From the sequence record OQ990039: a stretch of 64,000 nt of DNA. One strand, written 5' to 3'. Both the position numbers and the translations under genes were made by a program. The stretch is from Escherichia phage SUT_E420. Numbering within the stretch: the first letter of the stretch is position 1; the number at the start of each line of letters is the position of its first letter. The notes beneath the pieces are model-generated. The model was given only the letters and a program-made list of their open reading frames with translations. It did not search any database and was not told the DNA's origin. Positions 15,999 to 26,033 of this stretch are shown here, in pieces.

Positions 15999-17140
15999 AA
16001 GAAATCTCCAAATTCATTACCCAGATCTTTCAGAGTATCAGTAGAGGTCTCAGTTACCTGACCTACACGGTAGGCTGCACCAATCTGGATTTCTTGTGGA
16101 GCAGGCTGTAGAGAAGTAGTATCCAACCAGTTCATAATCCACGGAATAGGGTTTTTGGTGATTACTGGTAAATGACTAGGCCATTCTACACCGATGTGCA
16201 TAAATGCATTACGTCCCACAAAATACAGATATTCTTCTAGAAGTTCTGCATTCAAGCCAATCAGACTACGACCTTTGAAAATGAAATGACCCCATTCAAT
16301 TTCAGTTTTCAGAGTTTTCAGGAGCTGTGCTGGTGCTTTAGCCACTGCTTCATCTACCAGATCTTTGTCAAATTGCTGAAACATAATCTGGATGATTGCT
16401 TTGGACATCTGAGTGTGCAGAGCTTCATCTTTAGCGATTAATTGCAGATTTTTAGCAATACCTTGCAGAATATCGTTCTCTGCTAATGCAAAGGTACATG
16501 CAAAGGATGCGTAAAACTGCATTGCTTCCAGACCATAGATCGCAAAGTAAGCGTCTAATAGTTTAGCCTGAGTTTCACGTTTAACTTCAGGGAACTCAGT
16601 TTCTGGATATGTATTGTCGCCACGATGATCGCGTACTGCGATGAAATACTGACCTAACTGGTACAGTTCATCGAATAGTTCAACAGAATCAGCGATGCGC
16701 GCGAATGCTTCTTGGTTTTTGGTTACAGAATCAATAAATTCTGCTGGATCAGTCAGCACATTACGAATAATATTGCTATAAGCACGACTATGCAGGTCTT
16801 CAAAATAGCTCCACTGTTTGAGCATACCTTCCAATTCTGGACGACTTACAAGCGGCATAATAGCTGCTTCAGGGGCACGACTAATAAAGGAATCAGTTTG
16901 AGTTTGCCATGCTAAGTTCAGGAGTGTAATTTCCTGAATTTCTCGTGGGAGATTAGGCCATTGTTTCTTATCTGCTTCCAGACTGATTTCAGTTTCAGTC
17001 CAAAATTGAGAGCGCTGCAGAAGTGCCAGACGTTCTAGTTCTGGATGTGCTACACGTACATAATCTGCGATACCGAGAGAATCTCCCAGGAAAAGGTCGG
17101 CGTTAGTATGATCCCAATTCAGGTTTAGTAAAGTAGTCAT
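15995..17140 (-). CDS. nrdB: ribonucleotide reductase small (beta) subunit, class Ia
   Basis: 381 aa; di-iron ligand motifs (EALH, EGMLKQWSYFEDLHSRAY) in a ferritin-like fold. Confidence 0.85.
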   Translation of the reverse strand: MTTLLNLNWDHTNADLFLGDSLGIADYVRVAHPELERLALLQRSQFWTETEISLEADKKQWPNLPREIQEITLLNLAWQTQTDSFISRAPEAAIMPLVSRPELEGMLKQWSYFEDLHSRAYSNIIRNVLTDPAEFIDSVTKNQEAFARIADSVELFDELYQLGQYFIAVRDHRGDNTYPETEFPEVKRETQAKLLDAYFAIYGLEAMQFYASFACTFALAENDILQGIAKNLQLIAKDEALHTQMSKAIIQIMFQQFDKDLVDEAVAKAPAQLLKTLKTEIEWGHFIFKGRSLIGLNAELLEEYLYFVGRNAFMHIGVEWPSHLPVITKNPIPWIMNWLDTTSLQPAPQEIQIGAAYRVGQVTETSTDTLKDLGNEFGDFL

Positions 17141-17171
17141 TGATTTTCCTCTTTCTCACTATTTCAGGAAT

Positions 17172-17200
17172 ATTATAGCAAATCTGGTAGCGATTAGCAA
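17172..17200 (-). promoter_or_regulatory. sigma70-type early promoter (minus): -35 TTGCTA, 17-bp spacer, -10 TATAAT
   Basis: Plus strand ATTATA-N17-TAGCAA upstream of nrdB. Confidence 0.7.
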
Positions 17201-17206
17201 GTAAAA

Positions 17207-17689
17207 TTATAAACTATCAAGCTCCAATAGTTTAGCATCGCGCCATTCTATAGCATCCTCTAATTCTTTGAATGTTTTAGTATGTTTTACACCTTTTCTA
17301 GCAATCTGGACTTGGTAAGATCCGCTTGCTTTTTGGTGTATATTCTTAATACCTAACTTATTGTCTTTGTGCGCTCCGACATTCTTTCCATTGTTAAATC
17401 TATCAGATGCTAATAAATTAATTGCTCTATTATCATGACGTATTCTGTTGTCATGGTCTACTTCTTTTGGAATGTATCCATGAGTGATATAGAATGCTAG
17501 GATATGTGCATAGTATTTTTTACCCCTTACTTGCATTACTATATACCCTGAGCATTTTTCTAGAGAACCTGCTTCTTTGCCAGCAAACTTAGTATTAAAG
17601 GATTTATCTTCTCTAGGTTTGTGGGTAAAGATTCCAGTTTCTGGATTATAGTCAAATAACCCAGCTATTTCTTTATATTTTTCTTCCAT
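17207..17689 (-). CDS. HNH homing endonuclease with AP2-like DNA-binding domain (160 aa)
   Basis: HNH core (VDHDNRIRHDNRAINL) plus C-terminal GIKNIHQKASGSYQVQIARKGVKHTKTFKELEDAIEWR; lies between nrdA and nrdB. Confidence 0.65.
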   Translation of the reverse strand: MEEKYKEIAGLFDYNPETGIFTHKPREDKSFNTKFAGKEAGSLEKCSGYIVMQVRGKKYYAHILAFYITHGYIPKEVDHDNRIRHDNRAINLLASDRFNNGKNVGAHKDNKLGIKNIHQKASGSYQVQIARKGVKHTKTFKELEDAIEWRDAKLLELDSL

Positions 17690-17723
17690 AATCTAAAATT
17701 ACAGCTATGATAGGCCTAATAAA

Positions 17724-17737
17724 GGGGCTTTCGCCCC
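17724..17737 (-). terminator. GC tetraloop hairpin terminator (GGGGC-TTTC-GCCCC) after nrdA
   Basis: On the minus strand the hairpin is followed by TTTATT; sits between the nrdA stop and the HNH gene. Confidence 0.45.
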
Positions 17738-17744
17738 TTATTTA

Positions 17745-20078
17745 TTATAATTGACAACCACCGGATGCACATCCAGCAGCAGCTTCTTCACCTGCACCTC
17801 CACCATTTGCAGTATTGAAGTTTGCATAGTAGAAAGTTTTCCACCCATACTTAACAGCAGTCATGAAATCACGAACTACTACTGGGCCAGGAATGATTTC
17901 ATTCTCAAACTTGGTGTAGTCATAGTACATATTCGTACTGATAGACTGACTGAAGAATTTCTGCATAGTTGCTACCCACTTGATCCACTCGATACGATCT
18001 ACATCATAAGCCAGTTTATAGCTCATTAACGTTTCCCAATCGGTTGCACCTGGAGCAATTGCAATTACTTTATTTACTGCACTACCCTTGATAGATACAA
18101 TCTTACGAGGTGGTTCGATAGAGTTAGTAACACCTAACAGAACAGAAGAACTTTCTCCCGGCATCTGAGCAGTCAGAACAGAGTTACGCATACCATATTT
18201 CAGAATATCTGCACGCAGAGACTCCCAATCCATTTCTAGACCTACGGATACCAGTTCATCAACAGTTTTCTTGTACGTGTCGATTACCAGAATTCCTTTA
18301 GATGGTTTAGTACGATCAAACCACTCACATGCACCCTGTTCTTTAGCTAGGCGTACAGAGGCTTTATGCAGGAAGTAAGACAGTTTTTCAGCCTCACGGT
18401 GAATCCAGTTACGAGCTTCAATACCTTCATAAGCCAGACCTTCTGCTGCCATTGCACCTGCTGCGTTCATCAGGCCAATACCAACATTACGACGTTTCTT
18501 AGCCGTATATTCCATAGTTGGGAACGGATAATCCTGAATTTCAATAATTGTATCAACGAATTTCAGAAGGATGTAGCAAGTTTTTTCCCACTCAGCCAGA
18601 GATTCCATGCGTCCAAGTACAACACCGCCTAAGTTACACAGAGATACTTCACCAATATCCTCCGGCTTCATTTGATCAAGTTGTTCTTTTGTTTTATACA
18701 GTTCCGTGATATGATGGAACGGGCGTGTAGGCTGAGTAATTTCAACACAAAGGTTTGTCATACGGATCGGATCAAGGAAGTTACCGTGACGATTAGATTC
18801 CCCGATGTGATGAGCATACATACGTCCTGTTTCCATTCGGATACGTAGCCAAGTATCTAGGATTTCTTTTGCAGAGACTTTAGGAGCTGCTGGAACTGTT
18901 TTTCCTTCGTGGTCGATCTTTGTAAGAGATGCCACACGTTTCTCCGCTGCCACGTAGATTTCTTCAAATTTAGCCTCGTCATCACTATAAAACGCTTCAT
19001 GAACTTCTGGAGCATAGAAGTATGACATTAGCGTAATATCTTCGTTTTTAAGATAACGTTTTAACAAAAGATTGTTAAAGCTCAGAGAATAGTCCATCTT
19101 ATCGATTTTATTCTCATCTGTAGCACGTTGTTGCTTAACCTGCATCAATTGAATGATTTCAGGGTCGAAGTACGTATAAGACACTGTGGCAGAACCACCA
19201 CGAGTTTGCTGAGTATTGGCCTTTACTGAGCGGTCAATGTGTCGATAATATGGCAGTTTTCCGGAATGCGGGAATGCCCCATTTCGCACCGGATCAGCAA
19301 TTGATCGGCTTTCAAGATGATACCCGATTCCCGCTCTGGCTGCGACCATTTTGAAGACGATGTGCTCGGCGGTGTCGATTGAATCCAACGTGTCAGTGGA
19401 ATCCACGAGGCAGCAACTAGCAAATCCACGGTCACTAGAGCGCAGACCAACCAGTGGCGGCGTAGGAATGTTGATTTTGTGGAGTGACATTGCGTTGTAG
19501 AGGTCGATTGCATCTAGAATTGTCCAGTTAGGTTGAGATAACATCGCCATTGCCATACCCATGTAGGCAAACTGCGGAGTTTCATAGATTTCACCAGTGG
19601 CTATGTTACGACGGGAATACTTATCAAAGAACTGTTTCAGCCCACCACTAGTAAAAAGACGGTCACGATCATGGTCGATAACCTGATTCAGAGCTTCAAA
19701 TTGCTCATCGGTAATCCATGCACTCATGTCTTCCCATGCACCTACGCTAACCATATGGTCATGGAAGAAGCGCAGAGAAGGTGGTTCGAAGGAATCATAG
19801 AGGCGTTTACGCATTTGCGCAAGACGTAATTCCTTTGCTGGCACATCATATGCTGGATTATCTTTGATAAGACTTTCAGCAGCTTTAATTAATGCATCCA
19901 TCAGAGTGTCGGAATCTACAACCCCTTTAGGCAGAGTTTTTTGAGCAGCCATAGTAATGGCTGACCAACTTACATCAACTGTTTTGCAACCATACTCCGC
20001 CCAACCATTGAGTTTTTCAGGAGCAAAGTCTTCTACAGTACCGTCACGTTTAATTACTTTTTCAATGCGATGGCTCAT
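17745..20078 (-). CDS. nrdA: ribonucleotide reductase large (alpha) subunit, class Ia
   Basis: Start set at the Met of MSHRIEKVIKRDGT (ATP-cone) with ribosome-binding site AAGGAAAG; the track start is 35 codons upstream; catalytic Cys and C-terminal CxxC tail (CASGGCQL) present. Confidence 0.9.
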   Translation of the reverse strand: MSHRIEKVIKRDGTVEDFAPEKLNGWAEYGCKTVDVSWSAITMAAQKTLPKGVVDSDTLMDALIKAAESLIKDNPAYDVPAKELRLAQMRKRLYDSFEPPSLRFFHDHMVSVGAWEDMSAWITDEQFEALNQVIDHDRDRLFTSGGLKQFFDKYSRRNIATGEIYETPQFAYMGMAMAMLSQPNWTILDAIDLYNAMSLHKINIPTPPLVGLRSSDRGFASCCLVDSTDTLDSIDTAEHIVFKMVAARAGIGYHLESRSIADPVRNGAFPHSGKLPYYRHIDRSVKANTQQTRGGSATVSYTYFDPEIIQLMQVKQQRATDENKIDKMDYSLSFNNLLLKRYLKNEDITLMSYFYAPEVHEAFYSDDEAKFEEIYVAAEKRVASLTKIDHEGKTVPAAPKVSAKEILDTWLRIRMETGRMYAHHIGESNRHGNFLDPIRMTNLCVEITQPTRPFHHITELYKTKEQLDQMKPEDIGEVSLCNLGGVVLGRMESLAEWEKTCYILLKFVDTIIEIQDYPFPTMEYTAKKRRNVGIGLMNAAGAMAAEGLAYEGIEARNWIHREAEKLSYFLHKASVRLAKEQGACEWFDRTKPSKGILVIDTYKKTVDELVSVGLEMDWESLRADILKYGMRNSVLTAQMPGESSSVLLGVTNSIEPPRKIVSIKGSAVNKVIAIAPGATDWETLMSYKLAYDVDRIEWIKWVATMQKFFSQSISTNMYYDYTKFENEIIPGPVVVRDFMTAVKYGWKTFYYANFNTANGGGAGEEAAAGCASGGCQL

Positions 20079-20220
20079 TTGGCTTTCCTTTTTATAGTTA
20101 TCAGGATTTAAGGAATATTCTACTTTATTATCGGTCATTAGGCAAATAAAATTTTCTGATAGAAAAGGCCCGAGTATTTTCATACCCAGGCCCTGTATAT
20201 TACCAGTCTAGCTTTTTAGC

Positions 20221-20442
20221 TTATTCAATTACTTTAGCTCTAGCTACTTCTTTTAATAGAATATCTATGGAGGTGCTCAGCTCGTTATAATTGAATGGTT
20301 TATTTGGATTTGAGGTTACAATTTTCCACGCTAGGGTTGTCTTAGGACTTTCTTCCCCTTCCTTACGTGTAATCATATTAGCAGCACTCAGTGAAGTACG
20401 ATGTATTTTAGTTTTACGGCTCAGATGAACGACGTTTCCCAT
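20221..20442 (-). CDS. hypothetical protein (about 74 aa; start corrected)
   Basis: Track ORF overlaps phoH; internal ATG at 20442 with GGAAGGTG upstream sits just after the phoH stop. Confidence 0.35.
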   Translation of the reverse strand: MGNVVHLSRKTKIHRTSLSAANMITRKEGEESPKTTLAWKIVTSNPNKPFNYNELSTSIDILLKEVARAKVIE

Positions 20443-20443
20443 A

Positions 20444-21205
20444 TTACACCTTCCCCATGTCTTTAAAAATATCATAGAATGCTTTAGACTCAACAGAACG
20501 AACGTTATCAATCAATTCGATCATTGAGAATGGGGCATTTTCGTATTTTTCATAGACTTCCATAAGGAGTGCTAGACCTGAGTCACCTTTAATGTCTTTC
20601 TGAGCTATATCTCCGCAGATAATTAAACGGCAGTCTTGTCCTACACGAGTTAGGAGACAAATCATTGCCTCAACGGAAATATTCTGAGCTTCATCGACAA
20701 TTACATAGGAGTTGTTGAAAGTTCTGCCACGAGCATGTTCGACAGCCAAAAATTTAATTTTCTGACGTTCGACATATCCTTTATACGCATGATCGCCGAT
20801 GGCCCATTTCATACCATCAGCTATTGGCTCCAACCAAGGCTCTAGCTTTTCCGCTAGATCACCAGGAAGCATACCAAGAGACTTACCTAGAGGTTCATTA
20901 GGACGTACGAGAATCACTTGCTCAATATCTGAGTGAATGTCTGCGAGTTCCTGAGCTGCAAGAACGGACGGAATAAAGGTTTTACCAGTACCTGGCTCAC
21001 CGATACCCACAGTCACTGTGTTGTTCTTGATCATATTGATATATGATTTTTGCTCGCGGTTTTTACCTACTAGGGATTTAGCAACTGGGTTAGCGTAATC
21101 ATTAGAAAAATCAGCCTGAATTACGTTATTCTCATATTTGTTGCCACGCTTTCTTGAACCATTACGGTTCTCTCTTTTTTGACGTGCTTTTCCCATAAAT
21201 AACAC
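20444..21205 (-). CDS. phoH: PhoH-like ATPase
   Basis: Walker A GEPGTGKT and Walker B-like VIVDEAQN. Confidence 0.8.
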   Translation of the reverse strand: MLFMGKARQKRENRNGSRKRGNKYENNVIQADFSNDYANPVAKSLVGKNREQKSYINMIKNNTVTVGIGEPGTGKTFIPSVLAAQELADIHSDIEQVILVRPNEPLGKSLGMLPGDLAEKLEPWLEPIADGMKWAIGDHAYKGYVERQKIKFLAVEHARGRTFNNSYVIVDEAQNISVEAMICLLTRVGQDCRLIICGDIAQKDIKGDSGLALLMEVYEKYENAPFSMIELIDNVRSVESKAFYDIFKDMGKV

Positions 21206-21269
21206 TCCTATAGTGTACTTCGCTAACAGAGGATCAACAAAAAGATCTTGTTTATCAACTTACAAATAT

Positions 21270-21298
21270 ATTATACCAATATATACAGTAAAAAGCAA
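21270..21298 (-). promoter_or_regulatory. sigma70-type early promoter (minus): -35 TTGCTT, 17-bp spacer, -10 TATAAT
   Basis: Plus strand ATTATA-N17-AAGCAA upstream of phoH. Confidence 0.7.
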
Positions 21299-21490
21299 CT
21301 ACAATTTTAAATAAGCCTATGATATTGCATTTAAATAAAAAATTTGCTTGCTTTTAACGTGAGATGTGTGATACTAGATAATCATTTTATATCGCGTGCA
21401 CGAGTGTGTGATTATACAATTTTTAATAGAGATTGGCAAATAAAATTTTTTGACTCAGATCATGTTACAGAACTTTATAGTAAAATATTG

Positions 21491-21519
21491 TTGACATCCG
21501 CCCTCGAATGAGTTATAAT
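21491..21519 (+). promoter_or_regulatory. consensus sigma70 promoter (plus): -35 TTGACA, 17-bp spacer, -10 TATAAT
   Basis: Perfect hexamers upstream of nrdD; start of the rightward block. Confidence 0.75.
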
Positions 21520-21548
21520 AGTAGTCTTAGTTAGAGAAGGAGAGTATA

Positions 21549-23423
21549 ATGAATCGCAATGAAGAACTAAAGTATAAAGAAATGCAGGCGTTAATTAGAA
21601 ACTGCAAAGAGATTATCGAAGGGTCAGCAGATGAAGAGCTGCTGTTTAATAATGCTAATAAACCCTCAGAACGTTTCCCTACACAAAGGGATATGCTTGC
21701 AGGTGAATTGAGTAAGTATCTGATTCTAGAAGAAATGCCAATTCAGATTCGAAATGCTCATATGATTGGGGATATTCATTTCCATGATGCTGATTATGCT
21801 GCATTAGGCATGACTAACTGTTGTCTGGTAGCTTTGGAAGATATGTTGAAGAATGGTATGAAGGTTGGTAATGCTGAAATTAGCACTCCAAACTCTATCA
21901 CTACTGCGGCGGCTATTACTGCTCAGATTATCACTCAGGTTAGCTCCCATCAGTATGGTGGTACTTCTGTAGACCGCCTTGATGAAGTATTAGCCCCTTA
22001 TGTTCGTAAATCATATGACAAAAATCATGCGTTTGCAAAACGTTGGACTAAGGATGAAGCCAAAGCATCCGTAATGGCTACGGAGATGACTGAAAAGGAA
22101 GTCTATGACGCTTGTCAGGGTTTAGAATATGAAATCAATACCATGTTCAACTCTAACGGTCAGAGTCCATTTATTACCTTTGGTTTTGGTCTAGGAACTT
22201 CTTGGGAAGCACGTCTAGTACAGAAAGCAATACTGAAAGTACGCATGGATGGTTTAGGTATCAATAAACGTACAGCTATCTTCCCGAAACTGGTATTTGT
22301 ACTTCGTGATGGTGTTAACATGAAACCAGGAGATGTTAATTATGACATCAAGAAGTTAGCTATGAAATGTACTGCTGAACGTATGTATCCAGATTATATC
22401 AGCTATGACAAAGTTGTAGAAGTTACTGGAGACTATAAAGTTTCTATGGGCTGTCGTTCATTCCTAGCTGCTACAGAAGATGGTGAAACTGCCGGTCGTA
22501 ATAACTTAGGTGTTGTTTCTGTAAACTTGCCTAGAATTGCTATCGAAGCTGAAGGAAATATTGACCTATTTTTTGATTTGCTTGAACTGCGTGTGGATAC
22601 AGCGTTAAAAGCATTGGAGTGGAGAGTTGATCGCTTAAAATACATCCAAGCTAAAGCTGCACCCATCCTCTATATGTCAGGAGCCTTTGGGTTACGCTTG
22701 GAGCCTGATGAATATGTATTCGATCATTTCTATAATCGTGCTTCTGTATCTCTAGGGTATATTGGCTGCCATGAAATGCTACAGTTCATGTTTGGCAAAG
22801 ATATAGACACAATGTCCGAGACCTGCATCAAGTTTGTTCAGCGTGTATTGCAGTACATGCGGGATAGAGTCGATCAGAAGAAGGAAGAAACTAAGTTAGG
22901 TTATAGCCTGTATGCTACACCATCAGAATCCCTATGTGATCGCTTTTGTCGTCTAGACCGTGAATATTTCCCGGAACATGAAGATATTCTGTCCAAAGGA
23001 TACTACACTAACTCTCACCACCTTGATGTGGAACGTAAAGTTGCTCCTAACGTGAAATTTGATTATGAATCTAACTTTACTCCGATTGCTTCTGGTGGGT
23101 GTATTTCCTACGTAGAATTACCGGATATGAAACGATTCCCAGATGCACTGGAATGGGTTATTAATTATGCTGCTAGTAAGGTTCATTACTTCGGTATTAA
23201 TACTCCAGTGGATTCTTGCGGTAAATGTGGATTCTTAGGTGAAACAATAGCATCCGAAGATGGATTTAAGTGCCCTATCTGTGGTAATCATGACCCCGAA
23301 ACTCTTGAAGTAACTCGTCGAGTTTGTGGGTATCTTGGAAATCCGGGTGCTCGTCCATTTAACCCCGGCAAACAGCACGAGGTGATGGGCAGAGTGAAAC
23401 ATCAGGATATTCGAGCTAAATAA
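21549..23423 (+). CDS. nrdD: anaerobic ribonucleoside-triphosphate reductase (class III)
   Basis: 624 aa; C-terminal glycyl-radical motif RVCGYLG preceded by Zn-ribbon cysteines (CGKCG...CPICGNH). Confidence 0.85.
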   Translation: MNRNEELKYKEMQALIRNCKEIIEGSADEELLFNNANKPSERFPTQRDMLAGELSKYLILEEMPIQIRNAHMIGDIHFHDADYAALGMTNCCLVALEDMLKNGMKVGNAEISTPNSITTAAAITAQIITQVSSHQYGGTSVDRLDEVLAPYVRKSYDKNHAFAKRWTKDEAKASVMATEMTEKEVYDACQGLEYEINTMFNSNGQSPFITFGFGLGTSWEARLVQKAILKVRMDGLGINKRTAIFPKLVFVLRDGVNMKPGDVNYDIKKLAMKCTAERMYPDYISYDKVVEVTGDYKVSMGCRSFLAATEDGETAGRNNLGVVSVNLPRIAIEAEGNIDLFFDLLELRVDTALKALEWRVDRLKYIQAKAAPILYMSGAFGLRLEPDEYVFDHFYNRASVSLGYIGCHEMLQFMFGKDIDTMSETCIKFVQRVLQYMRDRVDQKKEETKLGYSLYATPSESLCDRFCRLDREYFPEHEDILSKGYYTNSHHLDVERKVAPNVKFDYESNFTPIASGGCISYVELPDMKRFPDALEWVINYAASKVHYFGINTPVDSCGKCGFLGETIASEDGFKCPICGNHDPETLEVTRRVCGYLGNPGARPFNPGKQHEVMGRVKHQDIRAK

Positions 23424-23465
23424 GCTAATCAGCCGGGTTGCTAGTCGACCTGGCTTTTATTTTAT

Positions 23466-23494
23466 TTGCTTTCAGCCAAAAATTTATATATAAT
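23466..23494 (+). promoter_or_regulatory. sigma70-type early promoter (plus): -35 TTGCTT, 17-bp spacer, -10 TATAAT, with conserved leader
   Basis: Followed by TAGATTTATAAATTTGAGAGGAG, the shared early-leader element ending in the ribosome-binding site. Confidence 0.7.
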
Positions 23495-23522
23495 AGATTT
23501 ATAAATTTGAGAGGAGAAAGGT

Positions 23523-23903
23523 ATGGAATTAAAGCCCTATATAGTTGAGTCTACATGTGGTGGTTTCCATCTTGGCGTAGACGATCTTAGAGAAGCTATT
23601 TTTGCATCTACTGGAGATTATTCCCATCTAGAGGGTATTGGATATTCATCAATTATTGGTGATTGGGTAGAAACAAATCTAGATGTATCACCATATAACT
23701 CAGATTGCTTGTTTGACGAGGATGAGGATGAAATAAAGTATGATATTGAATTTGTTTATAATAGAGTATTAAAAGTATACCAACGTAATCCCGAGGGATA
23801 CGAAGATATTACTAAAGGTATTAAACAGTATCTTAAAGATGTATACTATAATTTTTCTGATGAAGACCTAGAAACAGTTGCAGTGGAGTTTAATAATGGC
23901 TAA
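23523..23903 (+). CDS. hypothetical acidic protein (126 aa)
   Basis: First gene of the overlapping-gene operon 23523-26423. Confidence 0.45.
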   Translation: MELKPYIVESTCGGFHLGVDDLREAIFASTGDYSHLEGIGYSSIIGDWVETNLDVSPYNSDCLFDEDEDEIKYDIEFVYNRVLKVYQRNPEGYEDITKGIKQYLKDVYYNFSDEDLETVAVEFNNG

Positions 23904-24102
23904 GAATGTAAAACATCTTAAATATCGCTTAATTTACAATGGACGTATGGAAACAGAAGACCTGGCCCAATTAGCTATTAATTCTAACGAGGTTACAGTG
24001 CGTGCGCTGGCAATTGAAAAGTTGCGTGCCTCTTATGAAAATCGTGTTATGGAACTAGAGGAGAAACTTTATGGCATTCTCGAAGCCGATGCTACCAGAT
24101 AA
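23896..24102 (+). CDS. hypothetical small protein (about 68 aa)
   Basis: Start taken at MAKNVK; overlaps both flanking genes. Confidence 0.35.
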   Translation: MAKNVKHLKYRLIYNGRMETEDLAQLAINSNEVTVRALAIEKLRASYENRVMELEEKLYGILEADATR

Positions 24103-24292
24103 GGGTTTAAACGCCGCTTTGGAAAACGCATTAATGCAGCACTGGGAAACTGGCTATAAGGATGGTGTTGAATCCTGCGCTACTATGCTAGAAGTTATTG
24201 CTAATACCTTAATGGAGAAAGGCAATAAAGAATTAGCTGAGCTATTAGACAGTATTGGGCAAAACTTCAGAGAACAGGTGAAAAATGCGTAG
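24071..24292 (+). CDS. hypothetical small protein (73 aa)
   Basis: Overlaps the upstream ORF and the Sir2-like start. Confidence 0.4.
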   Translation: MAFSKPMLPDKGLNAALENALMQHWETGYKDGVESCATMLEVIANTLMEKGNKELAELLDSIGQNFREQVKNA

Positions 24293-25100
24293 ATTAATTG
24301 TTATTAGCGGTGCAGGTTTGAGTGTTGAAAGTGGTGTACGAGCTTTTCGTACTGATACTGCTAGTGGTAAAGCATTGTGGGATGATTATGATCTAGAAGA
24401 AGTATGTAATATTCATGCCTTTCGTGGTAATTTTTATCATAAAACCCATATGTTTTACAACAAGCGTCGTGAAGAGCTAAAAACTGTTGAACCCAATCTT
24501 GCGCATTTGCGTATCGGTGAATGGTATAAACAATATCCAGGTCAAGTAGTAAACTTGACTACCAACGTTGATGACCTTATTGAGCGTTCTGGCGTTCCAC
24601 ATAATGACATTCTACACATTCATGGATATTTAAAAGAGGTTGTTGTAGCTGATAGCTACAATAGTAGCAATAAACGGATTATTGATGTAGGATACAATTC
24701 TATTGATCCAGATGATTATAAATGGGTTAAACCTAATGTAATCTTCTTTGGAGAGCATGCTCCAGCATATGCGGAGATGTACAATGTTTTTGATGGTATT
24801 ACCAGTCAAGATATGATCATTGTGGTTGGTTGCTCTAACCAAGTAATTAACTTCTACTGGGAATTATTTCCTGTTCTTAATTTGACTGCTGCCAAGCTAA
24901 TGGTTGTTAACTACTATGATAGTGCCCTAGCGGCGGAACCGAGCTATCAAGGTATGACTCGTAGTGAGATGTACCAGCTGGAAGAACGCGGTATCCCTTA
25001 CTGGGGTAAAGGTGCGGTAGATGCTTTCAGTGATCCTGATTTTATTGCTCGTGTAGAAGCTCATTTAGGGGGTAGACCTTATGTGTCAGGAAATAAGTAA
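24285..25100 (+). CDS. Sir2-family (sirtuin-like) NAD-binding protein (271 aa)
   Basis: GAGLSVESGVRAFR matches the Sir2 signature GAGISxxSGIPxFR; downstream TTNVDDLIERSG and HIHGYL parallel the catalytic-region motifs; no CxxC zinc module visible. Confidence 0.7.
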   Translation: MRRLIVISGAGLSVESGVRAFRTDTASGKALWDDYDLEEVCNIHAFRGNFYHKTHMFYNKRREELKTVEPNLAHLRIGEWYKQYPGQVVNLTTNVDDLIERSGVPHNDILHIHGYLKEVVVADSYNSSNKRIIDVGYNSIDPDDYKWVKPNVIFFGEHAPAYAEMYNVFDGITSQDMIIVVGCSNQVINFYWELFPVLNLTAAKLMVVNYYDSALAAEPSYQGMTRSEMYQLEERGIPYWGKGAVDAFSDPDFIARVEAHLGGRPYVSGNK

Positions 25101-25593
25101 TACTCCAATTATTTTTCTAGACATTGATGGGGTGCTCAATTCGAGCATCTCCCACTATCATGCACCTGATGATGAAAAGATTTTCTTTGGAAGTGATTGG
25201 GTTTTCAAACCGCTTCTCAAGGCTTTTCAGGACTTTATTCGTCCTTCTCCAATAATGATTGTTGGAGTATCATCTTGGTTCTCTGTCAGAAATGAGATGG
25301 AGAACGTTCAGATTATGACCGGATTAGGCCTTATCGATCGTTTTCTTGGTACAACGGATTTTACTGGTGGTGGATTATCTAGGGGTAATTCTGTTCTTCG
25401 CTTCGTTGAAAAGCATAAGCTCAAACATTGGTGTGTGCTTGATGATGCGGGTGCTATGATGTATCAGTATCCAACGGTTATAGTCAACGGTAGGACTGGT
25501 ATAAATCTTCAAGATTTAAAAGCTGTTAGCTATATGCTAGAATTTAGCCCAGATCTTGAAATGTGTAAATCCTTACAACAATTTAAGGTGTAA
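25081..25593 (+). CDS. HAD-superfamily hydrolase-like protein (170 aa)
   Basis: IIFLDIDGVLNS resembles HAD motif I (DxDG); later CVLDDAG may be motif IV; overlaps the Sir2 gene by 20 nt. Confidence 0.4.
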   Translation: MCQEISNTPIIFLDIDGVLNSSISHYHAPDDEKIFFGSDWVFKPLLKAFQDFIRPSPIMIVGVSSWFSVRNEMENVQIMTGLGLIDRFLGTTDFTGGGLSRGNSVLRFVEKHKLKHWCVLDDAGAMMYQYPTVIVNGRTGINLQDLKAVSYMLEFSPDLEMCKSLQQFKV

Positions 25594-25595
25594 AT

Positions 25596-26024
25596 ATGTT
25601 CAATAATGTATTCTCTAAAGAAGCTAACCCAATTTTGGTTAACTTTTGGCGTACTCTTCCAGCTAGCCTGTATAATGAGGCTATTAACTCTTTGAAAATA
25701 TGGTGTGAGAATAACGAAATCTACTTTGCTTTTAAAGATGATATTGATGAAGCCCCCTGTATTGGTTTAATTGTTCAGGTAGAGGAGGGTCTTGAAGAGA
25801 TTGTCGGCTGGAAAGAGTTAGATGAAATGGGCTTAGTTTTTGCGTTAAACTATAAGCTGTTTATGCCTGCTAAGCATCGCCTCGTTGTTAACTATAAAAC
25901 TAGTGAATCTCCTGGTTTTCAAGTTAATGAACGTTACGGTTGGTCTTACTCACCAGAAGAAGTGAATGATGGTATCCAAAAACTTCGCCGTTTCGGGTAT
26001 ATGATCCCAGGTTTAACTGCTTAA
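25596..26024 (+). CDS. hypothetical protein, paralog A (142 aa)
   Basis: Shares CIG...W.EL.EMGL..ALN..LF.P...Y.P....L.R.GY..PGL with the next ORF. Confidence 0.45.
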   Translation: MFNNVFSKEANPILVNFWRTLPASLYNEAINSLKIWCENNEIYFAFKDDIDEAPCIGLIVQVEEGLEEIVGWKELDEMGLVFALNYKLFMPAKHRLVVNYKTSESPGFQVNERYGWSYSPEEVNDGIQKLRRFGYMIPGLTA

Positions 26025-26033
26025 GGAGGCAGA

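Noticed and set aside
17751-19513. Short plus-strand and alternative-frame ORFs inside nrdA.
   Set aside because: Embedded in a highly conserved gene; no independent start signals.
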